Part shown: piece by piece, positions 36,821 to 49,800 of the stretch | Position numbering within the stretch: position 1 is the first letter of the stretch | How the letters are laid out: each line of letters opens with the position of its first letter | Source of the DNA: Candidatus Thorarchaeota archaeon | Lineage (GTDB): Archaea; Asgardarchaeota; Thorarchaeia; Thorarchaeales; Thorarchaeaceae | NCBI GenBank assembly: GCA_029858305.1 | Contig: JAOUFI010000002.1 | Location: 32,001 to 96,000, forward strand | DNA: 64,000 nt | Reading direction: 5' to 3' | Program-made: the position numbers and the translations under genes | Notes under the pieces: generated by a model | Seen by the model: only the letters and a program-made list of their open reading frames with translations | Told to the model about the DNA's origin: nothing | Database searches by the model: none

Positions 36821-37735
36821 CTAAGTAAAGGCGCGCATAATGACATCCCATCGGTGTTGGATGAAGTCTTCAAACTCATTGATCTTCTTTTCGTCACGCT
36901 TTGGCTTGAATAGATGTGAAAATCGACCTTGCATCTTGAGAAACTCATCAACGGGTTTTCTCTTCTCAGGATCTTGGAATCGCTTACTCTCTCTCCCTAG
37001 GATGAATTCCTCACCAATACGTTCCCATTGTATCCAATATCCAGTTTCAACTGCCAACTTGCCAATCTCAACGCCTTGTTCGACAGGGTAATTCCAAGCC
37101 TGAGGACAGGGAAGAAAAATATGGCCAAATTTTGGACCTGGATACTCAAGTGCTTTCTTGAATTTATCATACAGGTCTCTGGGATAGGCAGTATTAGCAG
37201 TAAACTGATAGACGGGTTCATGAGCTGAAACAATAAGATCAATCATCTTCTCCGGCTCAGTCTTCCCACGCCAAGTTGTTGTCGTCTGAGCGTGCAATGG
37301 AGTGGCTCCAGAGCGTTGTGTTCCTGTATTGCTGTATACTTGGTTATTATAGCAGATATAGAGGAAATCAGTCCTTCGTTCGAGCGCGCCGCTAAGGGCC
37401 TGAATGCCTATATCGAAAGTCCCGCCATCTCCAGCCCATACCATGACCATTGTAGTATCATTCCCCTTTGCCTTAAGAGCTGCTTTCACTCCAGAGGCAG
37501 TAGCGGCTGCGGCCATGAAAGCGGTATTCAGAACTGGTATCGCAAGTCCACTCTTTGGCCATAGTGACTGCACAACGCTAGTACAGCATGCTGGGACGAC
37601 CTGAATAACATCACCTTCAAGCGCCTTATGAGCGTGTCTTAATGCAACCATATCCTGACAACCTGCACATGCAGCATTTCCTTTCAGTACATATTCCTTG
37701 AGTGGCATTTCTCGTGTTGCTACCATTGTTATCAC
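36821..37735 (-). CDS. porB: 2-oxoacid:ferredoxin oxidoreductase beta subunit
   Basis: ACAGC, GDGGTFDIG, NNQVYSNTG.QRS (TPP binding), PCP. Confidence 0.92.
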   Translation of the reverse strand: MITMVATREMPLKEYVLKGNAACAGCQDMVALRHAHKALEGDVIQVVPACCTSVVQSLWPKSGLAIPVLNTAFMAAAATASGVKAALKAKGNDTTMVMVWAGDGGTFDIGIQALSGALERRTDFLYICYNNQVYSNTGTQRSGATPLHAQTTTTWRGKTEPEKMIDLIVSAHEPVYQFTANTAYPRDLYDKFKKALEYPGPKFGHIFLPCPQAWNYPVEQGVEIGKLAVETGYWIQWERIGEEFILGRESKRFQDPEKRKPVDEFLKMQGRFSHLFKPKRDEKKINEFEDFIQHRWDVIMRAFT

Positions 37736-38910
37736 TCCATTAAATCATGCCAGGTCTCCTCAGGACCCAAATCACCGCTTTCTACAGCTTTGTAAGTATC
37801 CTTAATTACTTCCTTAATATCGGTGACAGTCATATCGCGACCACCGAGACCGCCAATGTAACTCTTAATCATCGGACGATACTTCGTATGATACATTGAT
37901 GCACGAATATCATTAGCTACGGGGCCTCCGAATCCATAAGAAACTCCTCTGTCAAAGCTGGCAAAGCCCTTCACATGGCTACCAAGTTCTCGTATCTTAT
38001 CAACAGGGAATGGACGAATCATACGTACTCTTGCATTTCCAACCCTGTAGCCCTCATCACGGAGTTCATCTACTGCATCCTTAGCCTCAGCCGCAATGGA
38101 TCCCTGTGAGGTGAATACAACTTCTGCATCATCGCACTTGTAGCAGTCAATAGGACCTCCGAAGTACTTCCCGAAGAGATTCTTGTAATCCTTTTCAACC
38201 TCCTCATAGACTTTCAGAGCATTCTGTGTACCTTCATGCATCATATACCGGAATTCTTGATAGTACTCGGGAAATACTATGTTTCCGTGAGATACAGGAT
38301 TAGCTGGATCCATGATCCAGTGGGGGGGTGAATATGGAGGTAAGAACTTGTCAACTTCTTCTGGTTCTAGGTAATCGAACGATGACAATGTATGGCTCAA
38401 TACGAATCCATCAGAGTTGATCATTACTGGCATGAGTACTCGCTCATCTTCAGCAAGTTTGAATGATTGGATAATTGTATGGTAGAGCTCGTCAACACTT
38501 GATACATAGAACTGAATCCAGCCCGTATCACGCTTTGAATAAGAATCGTCATGGGTCACGTGAATATTCCAGCTTGGAGATACCGATCGATTGATGTTGT
38601 TTATCACAATGGGTAGTCTCGCTGCTGCAGCCCAATGAAGTCCCTCATCCATTAGAAGAAGTCCATTGGATGAAGTAGCAGTGAATGCACGGGCACCTGT
38701 GGAGCTTGCTCCGATACATGCAAAAATCGCAGAATGTTCGGATTCTACACGGATGAATTGACCGGTATAGAAACCATCTTCATTGAGAAGTGCAATCTGC
38801 TCCGGCACTGTCGTAGCCGGTGTAATTGGATACGCTGCTACAACCTCAACACGTGCAGAGATAACTGAACGCGCTGCAGCATAGTTCGCACTCATAAGTT
38901 CTGTCTTCAA
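37732..38910 (-). CDS. porA: 2-oxoacid:ferredoxin oxidoreductase alpha subunit
   Basis: AYPITP, VESEHSA, ATSS.GL, DGFVLSH, GLGGRD. Confidence 0.93.
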   Translation of the reverse strand: MKTELMSANYAAARSVISARVEVVAAYPITPATTVPEQIALLNEDGFYTGQFIRVESEHSAIFACIGASSTGARAFTATSSNGLLLMDEGLHWAAAARLPIVINNINRSVSPSWNIHVTHDDSYSKRDTGWIQFYVSSVDELYHTIIQSFKLAEDERVLMPVMINSDGFVLSHTLSSFDYLEPEEVDKFLPPYSPPHWIMDPANPVSHGNIVFPEYYQEFRYMMHEGTQNALKVYEEVEKDYKNLFGKYFGGPIDCYKCDDAEVVFTSQGSIAAEAKDAVDELRDEGYRVGNARVRMIRPFPVDKIRELGSHVKGFASFDRGVSYGFGGPVANDIRASMYHTKYRPMIKSYIGGLGGRDMTVTDIKEVIKDTYKAVESGDLGPEETWHDLME

Positions 38911-39227
38911 ACCTCACCAGTCCTCCTCTTACGCTCATCCGTGCGCACCATCTCGATACACTGTTTTGGACAGACTTGTGCGCAAATTCCGCACCCCTTG
39001 CAGTAATCGTAATCCGTATGAGGAGTTCCATCCTCATCTAAGCTTATCACAGCCTCAGGGCAGTGTAGCCAGCATGTCCGGCATCTGTTGCACTCGTCAT
39101 AATCTACCACTGGGTCGAAAGTCCGCCAGCTACCGGTCTCACCCGTAGCTCCAACCATGGGTTTGGAGTAGGATGTCTTTGGCATCTCTTTCCTGCTCTT
39201 AGGCTCAGTATTAACTTCATTTACCAA
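38907..39227 (-). CDS. porD: 2-oxoacid:ferredoxin oxidoreductase delta subunit
   Basis: TGSWRTF.P; two CxxCxxCxxxCP motifs (DYDYCKGCGICAQVCP). Confidence 0.92.
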   Translation of the reverse strand: MVNEVNTEPKSRKEMPKTSYSKPMVGATGETGSWRTFDPVVDYDECNRCRTCWLHCPEAVISLDEDGTPHTDYDYCKGCGICAQVCPKQCIEMVRTDERKRRTGEV

Positions 39228-39376
39228 CCAGAAACACGTCCGCTGTGAGCCGTCTAGCTCGCAAGCCCGAGACGTGCAATTAAGCGTTATGATGTAGGTT
39301 ATTAATTATACCCAGCTACTTCTGCCACTTTGCTTATTTAGAAAAAGATATTCAGATAGCTAAACGCGACGGAGGC

Positions 39377-40189
39377 GTGATATCTATGGAATTCACAATG
39401 ACCCTTGTTCAGTTGATGTGCGAGGAGGGAAACAGGAAGTTCAACTTTGAACAAGCAGAAGGACTCTTGAGAGAATACAAGAACCTAGGAGGTGTGCAAT
39501 TCATTGTGTTTCCCGAGCTCTTTGCTATTGGATTCAGGCATGAAGACTACGAACAGCAAGGACCTGGAATACCAGGACCAACGAGCAAATTCATTTGCAA
39601 AATCGCAAAGAAATTTGGAGCTTATGTCTTTGGAACTGATATTGAGAGAGGTGAACAAAGATACTACAATACTCTGGTGGGTGCTGGACCATCAGGTGAT
39701 GTGATAGGGACATATAGGAAGATACACCCTTTCCAAGAGGAGCGTGATGTCTTTAATGGAGGAGAGTCAATCGTATTAATGGAGTGTGGTGGTATCAAGG
39801 TCGGAGTGCAAATCTGCTATGACATCAGATTTCCTGAATTATCTCGAAAACTAGCAATTGAGGGAGCAGAGATACTAATCATTCCAGCAGCATTTCCAGA
39901 TCCTAGAAGTACTCATTGGAATACATTGATTCAAGCAAGAGCCATTGAAAACCAGCTCTATGTCGCAGCAGCAAACCGGATTGGATTCGGATTCGATAAG
40001 AAGATATACTTTGGTCATAGTCAAGTTGTGGATCCATGGGGTGTCATATTGACACGACGTAGCTCAGAATATCGCATTATTCAAGTTACTGGAGACACTC
40101 AGATGATTAATTCTGTTCGGGAACAGATAACTTGCTATGCTGATAGATCTCCGATTGGCTATAACAAAGTTGAATGGTTTCGGGAATAG
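39377..40189 (+). CDS. Carbon-nitrogen hydrolase (nitrilase/omega-amidase family)
   Basis: FPE, YRKIH, ICYDIRFPE, ARAIENQ. Confidence 0.92.
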   Translation: MISMEFTMTLVQLMCEEGNRKFNFEQAEGLLREYKNLGGVQFIVFPELFAIGFRHEDYEQQGPGIPGPTSKFICKIAKKFGAYVFGTDIERGEQRYYNTLVGAGPSGDVIGTYRKIHPFQEERDVFNGGESIVLMECGGIKVGVQICYDIRFPELSRKLAIEGAEILIIPAAFPDPRSTHWNTLIQARAIENQLYVAAANRIGFGFDKKIYFGHSQVVDPWGVILTRRSSEYRIIQVTGDTQMINSVREQITCYADRSPIGYNKVEWFRE

Positions 40190-40227
40190 CACAACCGTTA
40201 AGTGAGAAGCCATCCCTGCGGTAGACA

Positions 40228-40752
40228 ATGGAGGAGCAATATGTGGATGAAACTGAACTGCTGAAAAACACAATTCGGGAATGGTTCTCGCGAGAGGGCA
40301 CTAAAGTTGAGAGCATCTCAGATCCAAGAGCTGCGTTTCTGTACAAAGTAAAGTTCATGCGGTTCTTCTTCACAGTTGTGCGTCCAAATGACCAGAGGTA
40401 TGTTCAGGTCGAGTCCCAAATCATGATTTCTCCGCAGCATCAAAAGCTCCTGACAGCTGAGAAGCTACGAGAGTTCCAGATGCAGGCTCTAAAGTTCAGC
40501 TTCACACAGAGTGTAAATCTAGGTTTTATTCAACCAAAGCCAGGGCAACCAGGTCCGCAGCCTCCGGGACCGGGCTTTGTTATATCAGATAGACTCTATG
40601 ATGATGCATTCTCTGAACAGAATCTTTGGAAGACCATGCGGAGGCTTCATAGTGCGATAGACATGGTCATTGCGATCCTCAATGATATAACTGGACAACC
40701 AGGACAGAAAACAGCAGACGCCACGGATGCAGGACCATCATATTATACTTAG
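40228..40752 (+). CDS. DUF2299/YbjN-like conserved archaeal protein
   Basis: IREWFSREG.KVE...DPRA.F pattern; strong ORF with ATG start. Confidence 0.55.
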   Translation: MEEQYVDETELLKNTIREWFSREGTKVESISDPRAAFLYKVKFMRFFFTVVRPNDQRYVQVESQIMISPQHQKLLTAEKLREFQMQALKFSFTQSVNLGFIQPKPGQPGPQPPGPGFVISDRLYDDAFSEQNLWKTMRRLHSAIDMVIAILNDITGQPGQKTADATDAGPSYYT

Positions 40753-40872
40753 AATACATTCTCGATTTATCGACCGGATACAATCCACAGCATGTTGATA
40801 TATGTAATTTACATAGAAAATTGTATAGGATGCTACAATGAAGGATAGCTCTTTTACTTGAGTTGTTTGTAG

Positions 40873-43800
40873 TTGACGAAAAGTAAGAGATTTTCAAAAA
40901 TGGGGCTTAGACGGATATTCATCATTGGTATTTTGATTCTAAGCATAGGCTTTGCTTCACACAGTACAACAACTGATTTTTTAACATCTAATTTTGAACC
41001 TCAAGTAGCACATCCCTCTGATACTCATACATCTTCATCTGTTGAAGGAATAGGAAATAGTCTTCTTTCAGCTGCGGGATATTCCCGTAATATCAATAAT
41101 TTACAATTTTCACTAGCGAACAGCTACTCAGACAGTGAGTCACATAATCAAATCATAGATTTATCATCCTACCATATTGATGGTTGGTCATTGTATGAGG
41201 TTGAAATTTCTACTACAAGAATTGTAGCATTAGCAGAACGAGAGATAATTGGATCCAGAACTAGTCCAGGTCACATCTTATTCAACATATCAAAATATGA
41301 TACTGGATATTATGACCAGTTGACACAGGGATTCTATGGTATGAGTCATGATGGTAAACTAGAAAATATCTCACTCTTGTATACTTCATCATCATATGAT
41401 CCCCTGTATCATCATTATGCATATTTCGACCTTAGATCAGATTATTCAGATGGGGCTACAAATATGGTGTCCTCTGTCCCATTAGGAAATGTAGGACTTA
41501 CTCCGACCTGGGCAAGTGTAACAGAATCCACAACTCTAGATGCAGACACAATATATTATGCAGTAATGAACGGGACCAGACTTATAGAGGTCTTCGGTAC
41601 ATTCCCAATAATTCAATGGTATTATGAGGATTCAGAAGGTACCTATGAAACGCGACGCCATACTACAGAATATATCCCCTGGAGTTCTAGTAGACCATAT
41701 GAGGCTCTGCTTAACTATACTTATATTCCGTGGAATACAACAAGTAATTCTGCTCTTGAATTCTCGGATCCATCTATCATAGATTTGCGAGGAAATTCAT
41801 CATTATTGGCAGGTTCTCAATGGAAATTCGATTCTCTTACTAATGTTTCACAAATACAATTCTCATCGAATCAATCTATATCAGTAGAATACGATCTTAC
41901 ACTTAGATACAAGCAGTCTGTCACATCCTCCACATCTTGGTATGCAGATTCTTCTAATTCGGTCATTTTATGGAATATAACAACATCTATCGATTATCCA
42001 GAACTAGCTGGTTCTCAAGATAGAAATCTAACTGTGTTGGTTCCAAGTGACTGGACTGCAAGTCATTTATTTAACATCACTTACCCAACTCAATATTTCG
42101 ACCATTTCACACAAATAGAATCCAGCGTAAATTGCTTTGGTCTGGCGGATGAAACTTGGATATTGGAATGTACATCTCCAAATTATATGAAATCGTTATC
42201 GATGTTTGATACGAGTGATGATAGTATTATCACTGATAAAGTAAGTATATCTGTCACAATGGATATCAATGCAACAATTGAAGACCAATCATCAAATCCC
42301 GCAGCAAATGGTAATGCGCATCTTGTAGTGTACTATCAAGCCGCAGAAGAATATTCTGATGATTACTCAGTAACATCAGGAACATCGCATTACCAATGGG
42401 ACATCTCAACAGATTCATCATCTAATGGTCTACACACGATAGATGTGTATTGGTCAAATGGAACAGAAGTAGGATATCAATCAAATGATGTTGTAGTATT
42501 CTATGAAACAACACTCGTAGCAGATGAATATACCATCAATGACTACACTGATGACTCCTTTTACATTGGAATTGACTACAACCAAGTATTTCCAGCAGCA
42601 GGGATTGACTCATCAAGTGCAGATGTCACCTATTCATTCGGATCTGTGGTGAACCAGTCTCTCACTGACCAGAGTAATGGAAGATGGGATGCAACTGTTT
42701 CAACAGCTAGTATGTCACCAGGACTACACACATTGACTATCTATGCTGAAGGATATGCACTCGAAAATCGGAGTATAACCATAGATGTAGATCTTATTCA
42801 TGATACCTTACCCCTGACAATTATTTATTCCAACATTTCTTATGTTGAAACTACAGAGCTTTCTGTTGCATACGAAAGAGTCGGAAACATACCAATTCCT
42901 GATGCACATGTCGAAGTGACAATTGGAACAACTACATGGCAGCTAAATTTTGATGAGGGCAGCGGTACCTACAAGATGATTTTCAATGGAACCGATATTG
43001 ATCCAGGTTTTGGGATCCATACCCTCACTATTAATGCATCTCTAGCAGGGTATAAATCGCAAAGCTATACTAAGACACTCATTATTCATGAAGAGAGTAC
43101 CATACTCAATATAGAATGGTCAGGGAGTACTGACATCACCTATGTTGAGAGCGTGACCCTCTATGTCGACTACCAGATGTCCAATACAACTCCAATCTAT
43201 CCCGCTACTGTTGAGGTCACCATTGATACTGACATCTATGTGATGAACTGGAATGGTGGAACCGGGAGATACTGGTATCAATTCAATGGCAGTGATTTAC
43301 TTCCAGGATTTGGATTTCATAATTTGATAATTAAAGCCTCTAAATTTGGATATGCCTATCGGAGTGACCTCACACAAACACTGAATATAACTGAAGAGCC
43401 AACAACACTGGTTCTGTCTTGGTCCAATGGGAATGAAATATCATATGTGACCTCTACAATGTTGATTGCAAAATACAATCAATCAAACGGATCTCCATTA
43501 ATTAATGCAACAGTTAGCGTTACAATAGATACAGAATCATGGCTAATGGTGTGGAATACTGATACATTTGCCTACGAGTTGACCTTCAATGGAACCGATT
43601 CAATACCGGGTTTTGGGACATTCGATGTATCAGTTCTTGCATCACTTTATGGTTTTGAATCAAAACCCGATGATAACGAAACACTCTATATACACGAGGA
43701 GAGCACCTTATTCAACATAGAATGGTCAGGGAGTACTAATATCACCTATGTTGAGAGTGTGACCCTCTATATCGATTACCAAATGTCCAATGCAACTCCA

Positions 43801-46800
43801 ATCTATCCCGCTATAGTTGAAGTCATCATTGATACCGACATCTATGTGATGAACTGGAATGGTGGAACCGGGAGATACTGGTACCAATTCAATGGCAGTG
43901 ATTTACTTCCAGGATTTGGATTTCATAATTTGATAATTGAAGCCTCCAAATTTGGATATCAAAATTATTCCAATATTTTCCAGACATTGAATATTACTGA
44001 AGAACCCACAACACTTGTTTTGTCTTGGTCAAATACCAATAGCATTACCTATGTCACCTCTACAACGCTAATTGCAAAATACAATCAATCAAACGGATCT
44101 CCAGTAATTAATGCAACAGTTAGTGTTACAATAGATACAGAATCATGGCTAATGGTGTGGAATACTGATACATTTGTGTACGAGTTGACCTTCAATGGAA
44201 CTGATTCAATACCGGGTTTTGGGTCATTTAACATATCAGTAATTGCGTCATTATATGGCTTTGAATTAAAGCCCGATGACAACGAAACACTCTTTGTTGA
44301 TTTAGAACCAACCTCAATCACAATCGCTTGGTCAAATACTGGAAGCATTACCTACATAGATCAAACTACTCTCATTGTATCCTACAGAATGAACAATAAT
44401 TCAGTAATTCCAATTGATGCTGTGGTTAATGTAACAATTGATGGATTTCCAACGTGGGATCTTGATTGGGATTGGGATTATGGAACTGAAACATATCGTC
44501 TTGTCTTTAATGGTACAGACATACCCCCAGGTTTCGGCACGCACAATCTAACCATTAGAATTGGTAAGTATGGCTACGTGAACCACGTGAATACCACCCT
44601 AACTCTCACTATAGATTTAGTACCAACAATCCATGAAGTATATTGGTCAAACACTAATTCCATTACATACATAGAATCAACAACTCTTACAGTCAATTAT
44701 ACAATGACCAATGGAACACCCGTTACTGATGCAATAGTGAATGTCTCAACAGTTGCGGGATTCTGGCTGATGAAGTGGAATAATGATACATTTATGTATG
44801 AGTTGGCTTTCAATGGAACCGATTCAATACCAGGATTTGGAACTCATATTCTGACCATACAAATAAGAAAGGTTGGTTATTCGGATCCTGGAAATCTCAC
44901 AGAAACCTTGATTCTGGATTTGGAACCAACAAGTATGAATATGGCTTGGCTGGATTCACCAACCATCTCATTCCTCGAATCGACAACTCTTGTTGTGTAC
45001 TATAGAATGAGTAATACTTCTCCGATTTTAGATGCTACAGTTATAGCTACAATCGACGGTATCCAGTACGAACTCGTATTGCATCCAAGTGGCTCATATA
45101 GATACACCTTCAGTGGAACAGATAATCTTCCGGGAATTGGAACACATTTACTGAAAATTGATGCGAACAGAACTGGATTTGACTCTAAATCTGATGAAGG
45201 CGAGGTCTTGATAATTAATGAAGAATCAACATTCATTGATATCATATGGTTAGATAACAATACCATAACTTTTGTTGAAACATCAATTCTAGTCATAAAT
45301 TATACAATGACTAATGGTTCTCCGATTGCAGGAGCGACAGTTAATGCCACAATAGATGGATTTCCAGCTTGGGACCTTGTATGGGATATTGATACACAAA
45401 CATATCGCTTAACATTCAATGGAACAGATGTCCCGCCTGGATTGGGATTCCACAATATCACAATCAGAGCTGACAAATTCGGATACGAAAGTCGGAATGG
45501 TTTGACCAACATTACTTTAGATAGAGAACAATCATACCTCGTTGTAAGTTGGATTCCTGATAATGATATTTCATACATGACTAGTTCTATTCTCGTGGTT
45601 AGTTATAGGATGACGAACTCTTCGCCAATTTCTGAAGCTACTGTGAATGTTTCAATTGGAGAGGGTTCATGGCTGATGAAATGGAGTGTTGCTAATCAAG
45701 ATTACAGACTTCAGATCAATGGAACCGATATACCACCTGATTTAGGAAACTATACTATGACTATTGAGGCTACAATGTTTGGATTCTATGCAGCATACAA
45801 TCTAACAGCTCAGGTTATACTTCGAGAAGAACCAACAAGTCTAGATGTGCATTGGGCAAATGGAATAAACAATCCAAGTTTCCTTTCTTACACATATCTC
45901 ATAGCAGATTACCTTTATGGAGATTCAACACCTATTGTGGATGCCATTCTGAATGTCTCAATAAATTCATTCATTTTTCGAATGGGATGGAATGCTAGTG
46001 GTTTCTATCAATTGAAAATCAATGGTTCGGACACCTATCTAGGTGTTGGGAATAATTCAATCACAATAAGTGCTGAGAAATATGGGTATGTCACTAAGAT
46101 GAATACTACTAAAGTTGTGATTCCTGTGGTCCCAACCAAACTTACTCTTGAATGGGAATTCTCTGATACGATAACCTATGTAGAATATACTACACTTCAT
46201 GCATACTACGTAATGTACAATGATTCTTTGATTTCTGAAGCATCTGTCAATGTGACGATAAATGGAATGACACTGCCTATGATTTGGAGTTCTTCTAGTA
46301 ACTCATATGAACGAACATTTTACGGGTCTGACAGTTCGTTAGGTATCACATCATTTCCAATTCTAGTCGAAGCAGCCATGATTGATTTCCAGAGTCTATC
46401 AAATTCTGATGAGATATTAACTATTCAAACTGAACCTACTACACTTGCGATATCTTGGATTGGTGGAGACAATATCACTTACTTTCAACAGACCACACTA
46501 TCAGTACAATTCGTCATGTCTAATGGATCACCAATTTCAATTGGAGTTCTTAATGCGACTATAGGAGGAGTCCTTTTCGACCTTAATTGGAATATCATTA
46601 GTGAGGCATACGAAGTGGTAATCTATGGAGATGATGCCCGATTGGATTACTTGGACTATGATGTCTTGATTAACGCATCAGCATACGGGTTTGTCGCTTC
46701 AGTAGATACTTACCAATACTTCACTATCAGACTAGAAGATACATATCTTGTCATTGATTGGGTTCCGAGTAACACGATATCTTACTTGGACTCAACAGTA

Positions 46801-49800
46801 TTCAGAATCTTTTACCGATATGCATCCAATCATTCTCCTGTTTTAGGAGCAGTTGTTAGTGCTTCAACATGGGTAGCGAATTATAACAGCAGTTCTGGAG
46901 CTTATGAGATAATATTCACAGGCTCTGATTTTCCAACTCCAATACCGGGTACACACTCTCTTGATGTTGTTGCCTCAAAATCAAACCATCAATCTCACAC
47001 TAATGATCTTGAAGAAATCACCATCACTAAGGAAAGCACATACATCGAGTCTTGGTGGCTCAATGATAATAATACAATAACTTTCGTTGAGAATACGACT
47101 ATCTATATCAACTACTCAATTGCTGCTTCAGGCGTTTCAATTGTGGATGCTAACGTTACTGTCAGAATTGGCACAACCATATGGGATACACTCTATAATC
47201 CAATTCTGGAACTTTACTATTTCACATTTATAGGAGATATGGATCCACCAGGACTTGGTGTCCACGGGTTGTTTATTTCAGCATCTTATAGTTTTCATGA
47301 AGGATATCAATCTGCAGTAGATAACTCGCAAATCTTAGAAATTGAATCAGCATCTGTATCAATTGATAGCTATTGGATTGTTAGTGGTACTATAACATAT
47401 CTACAACAGACAACACTTGTAGTAAACTATACTTTATTGGATGGAGAAGCCATTCCACTAGCACTAGTCAATGTAACAATTGGTCAAACATTCTGGTATG
47501 CACAATGGGATGAATTGAGTGAAACCTATCGGTTGACTTTCAATGGGTCAGATTCTCTACCAGGTTTGGGATTCCACGAACTCAGTATCCGGGCAAATCG
47601 AACTGGATTTGACTCACTTACTGATAGCTCTATGACTTTGAATATCATTGAAGAATCAACCACTACGAGTGTTCTTTGGAGTAATTCTGATAGCATAACA
47701 TACTTTGAGCATACGTATCTATTTGTCAGGTACAGGATGAGCAATGGTTCAGACATTCTTGGTGCTAGCGTCAATGCCACAATAGGTTCTACAAAATGGA
47801 TCTTAATTTGGAATAGCACGCAAGGAGCTTATGGAGTCTTATTCAAAGGATGGGATAGCCCTCCGGGACTAGGTAGTCATTCAATCCTGATTAACGCAAC
47901 AAAACATGGTTTCGCATACATTGAGAATTCAGTTGAGGTTCTGACATTACTAAAGGACCCAACTACAATACAAGTTTCATGGTCAAATGGAAATAACATC
48001 ACATATGTTGAAACTACAACGATAATTGTACAATATAAAATGAGTAACGGTACCCCAATATCCACAGGAACTGTTATTGCAACAATTGGACTAGATAGTT
48101 GGGAACTTCTGTGGAATGTATCATCACAGGTATATTACTTCACATTTTATGGGAATATGAGTCCACCAGGTCTTGATACCTTCTCAGTTCAGATTGATGC
48201 ATCTAGTGCCATTTTTGCATCCCAATCGACTTCGGAATTTCTTACATTGAGAGAGGAAGGAACAGTTACTATTGTATCATGGACGACTGCAACATTCGAT
48301 TGGACCCAGAATGTTGTAATTGGAATTGAATACCGAGATAGCTATGGTAGATTGGTCAGTGACGCAACTCAGAAGACGATATCTGTAGATGGTTCAGAAT
48401 TTACCCTATCAGGGACAAATGGAACCTATTGGTATTCATTCAACAATTCATTCGGTTTAGGGCATCACAATGTTGTCATGAATATCAGTAAGTTTGGATA
48501 TGAATTTGCTGTGAATGCAACAGTTAGCTTTGATATTATTGAAGCCTCAACGAGTCTTGAACTAGTCTGGAGTATGACTACAATTGACTACTTGGGGCAG
48601 ATCACTCTGACAGTAGATTACACATATACGGGTACAGGTGATTCGATTCCAGTAGGTCTAGTCAATGTGAATATCACAATTGATGGAATCACGACTCTCA
48701 ATTTGACACCAATTGGAGACTATTGGACCATTACATTGAATGGAGATTTCTTAGATTTAGGAACGCATAGTGTCGTTATACTTGCACAAGCCTATGGCTA
48801 CAACTTCGCTGAGGATAGTGACAGTCTTACAGTTAATGAGGTCTCTACAGGTACATCTGGAATTTCGTGGTCACCTTCAGACCTTACAATAGAATTCACT
48901 GGTTTCTTACAACTTGTTGTGGATTATACATACGCTAGCGGAGATGTTCCAGATACAGCAACAGTGAATGTCACGATTGATGGTCATTTCTATGAACTTG
49001 ATTATCTAGTCGGTGCTTGGCGAGTGACAATTCCTGGTAGCATCCTAGGTGTTGATGTCTTTGATGCTCATATCAGTGCATGGCTCCACGGATATGAGTT
49101 ACAGACCTTTACTACTTCAGGAATTAATGTCACACTTGCAGCTAATTCATTCTATGTGACTTGGGATCCATCAGATCTAACACCAACCTACATTGATACG
49201 GTAACACTTACTGTTGCCTATATACAGGACTTTGAACCAATAGAAGACGCCACTGTTCAACTATTCATCAATGGAACTCGCTATGAGCTAATCTATAGCT
49301 CTATTGATGAGAGATGGTTCCTCAGTATTGATGCATCAGATATTGATTTGGGAGTATGGAATGTTACTGTCACAGCAAACAAAACAGGATATGCAGAAGG
49401 GTTCCAAATGGATCTCCTCACAGTAGTTGAAGCTCCAACAATTCTTGATATTCAAGATACTGGAGATACTCTCTATTTCGATGAAACAACTACAATAGAC
49501 ATCTACTACCAATTAACAAATACAAGTGCAGTTCCCGGGGCAATAATATCATTCACTCTTGATGGTATTGAACAGACAATAACTTGGAATGGTTACCATT
49601 GGACAACTACTCTCGATGGGACAGAGCTAGGAGTTGGTGTCTATACTTACAATATCATAACGTCAGTATATGGATATGAGACTCAGATGGACACATTTGT
49701 GATTACTATACTAAGCGTCCCAACTTCAATGATATCAGATTCGAGTATTGTGATGTATGCTCGTGACTTTGTTTCATTCAGGTTTACATACATTGATGAA

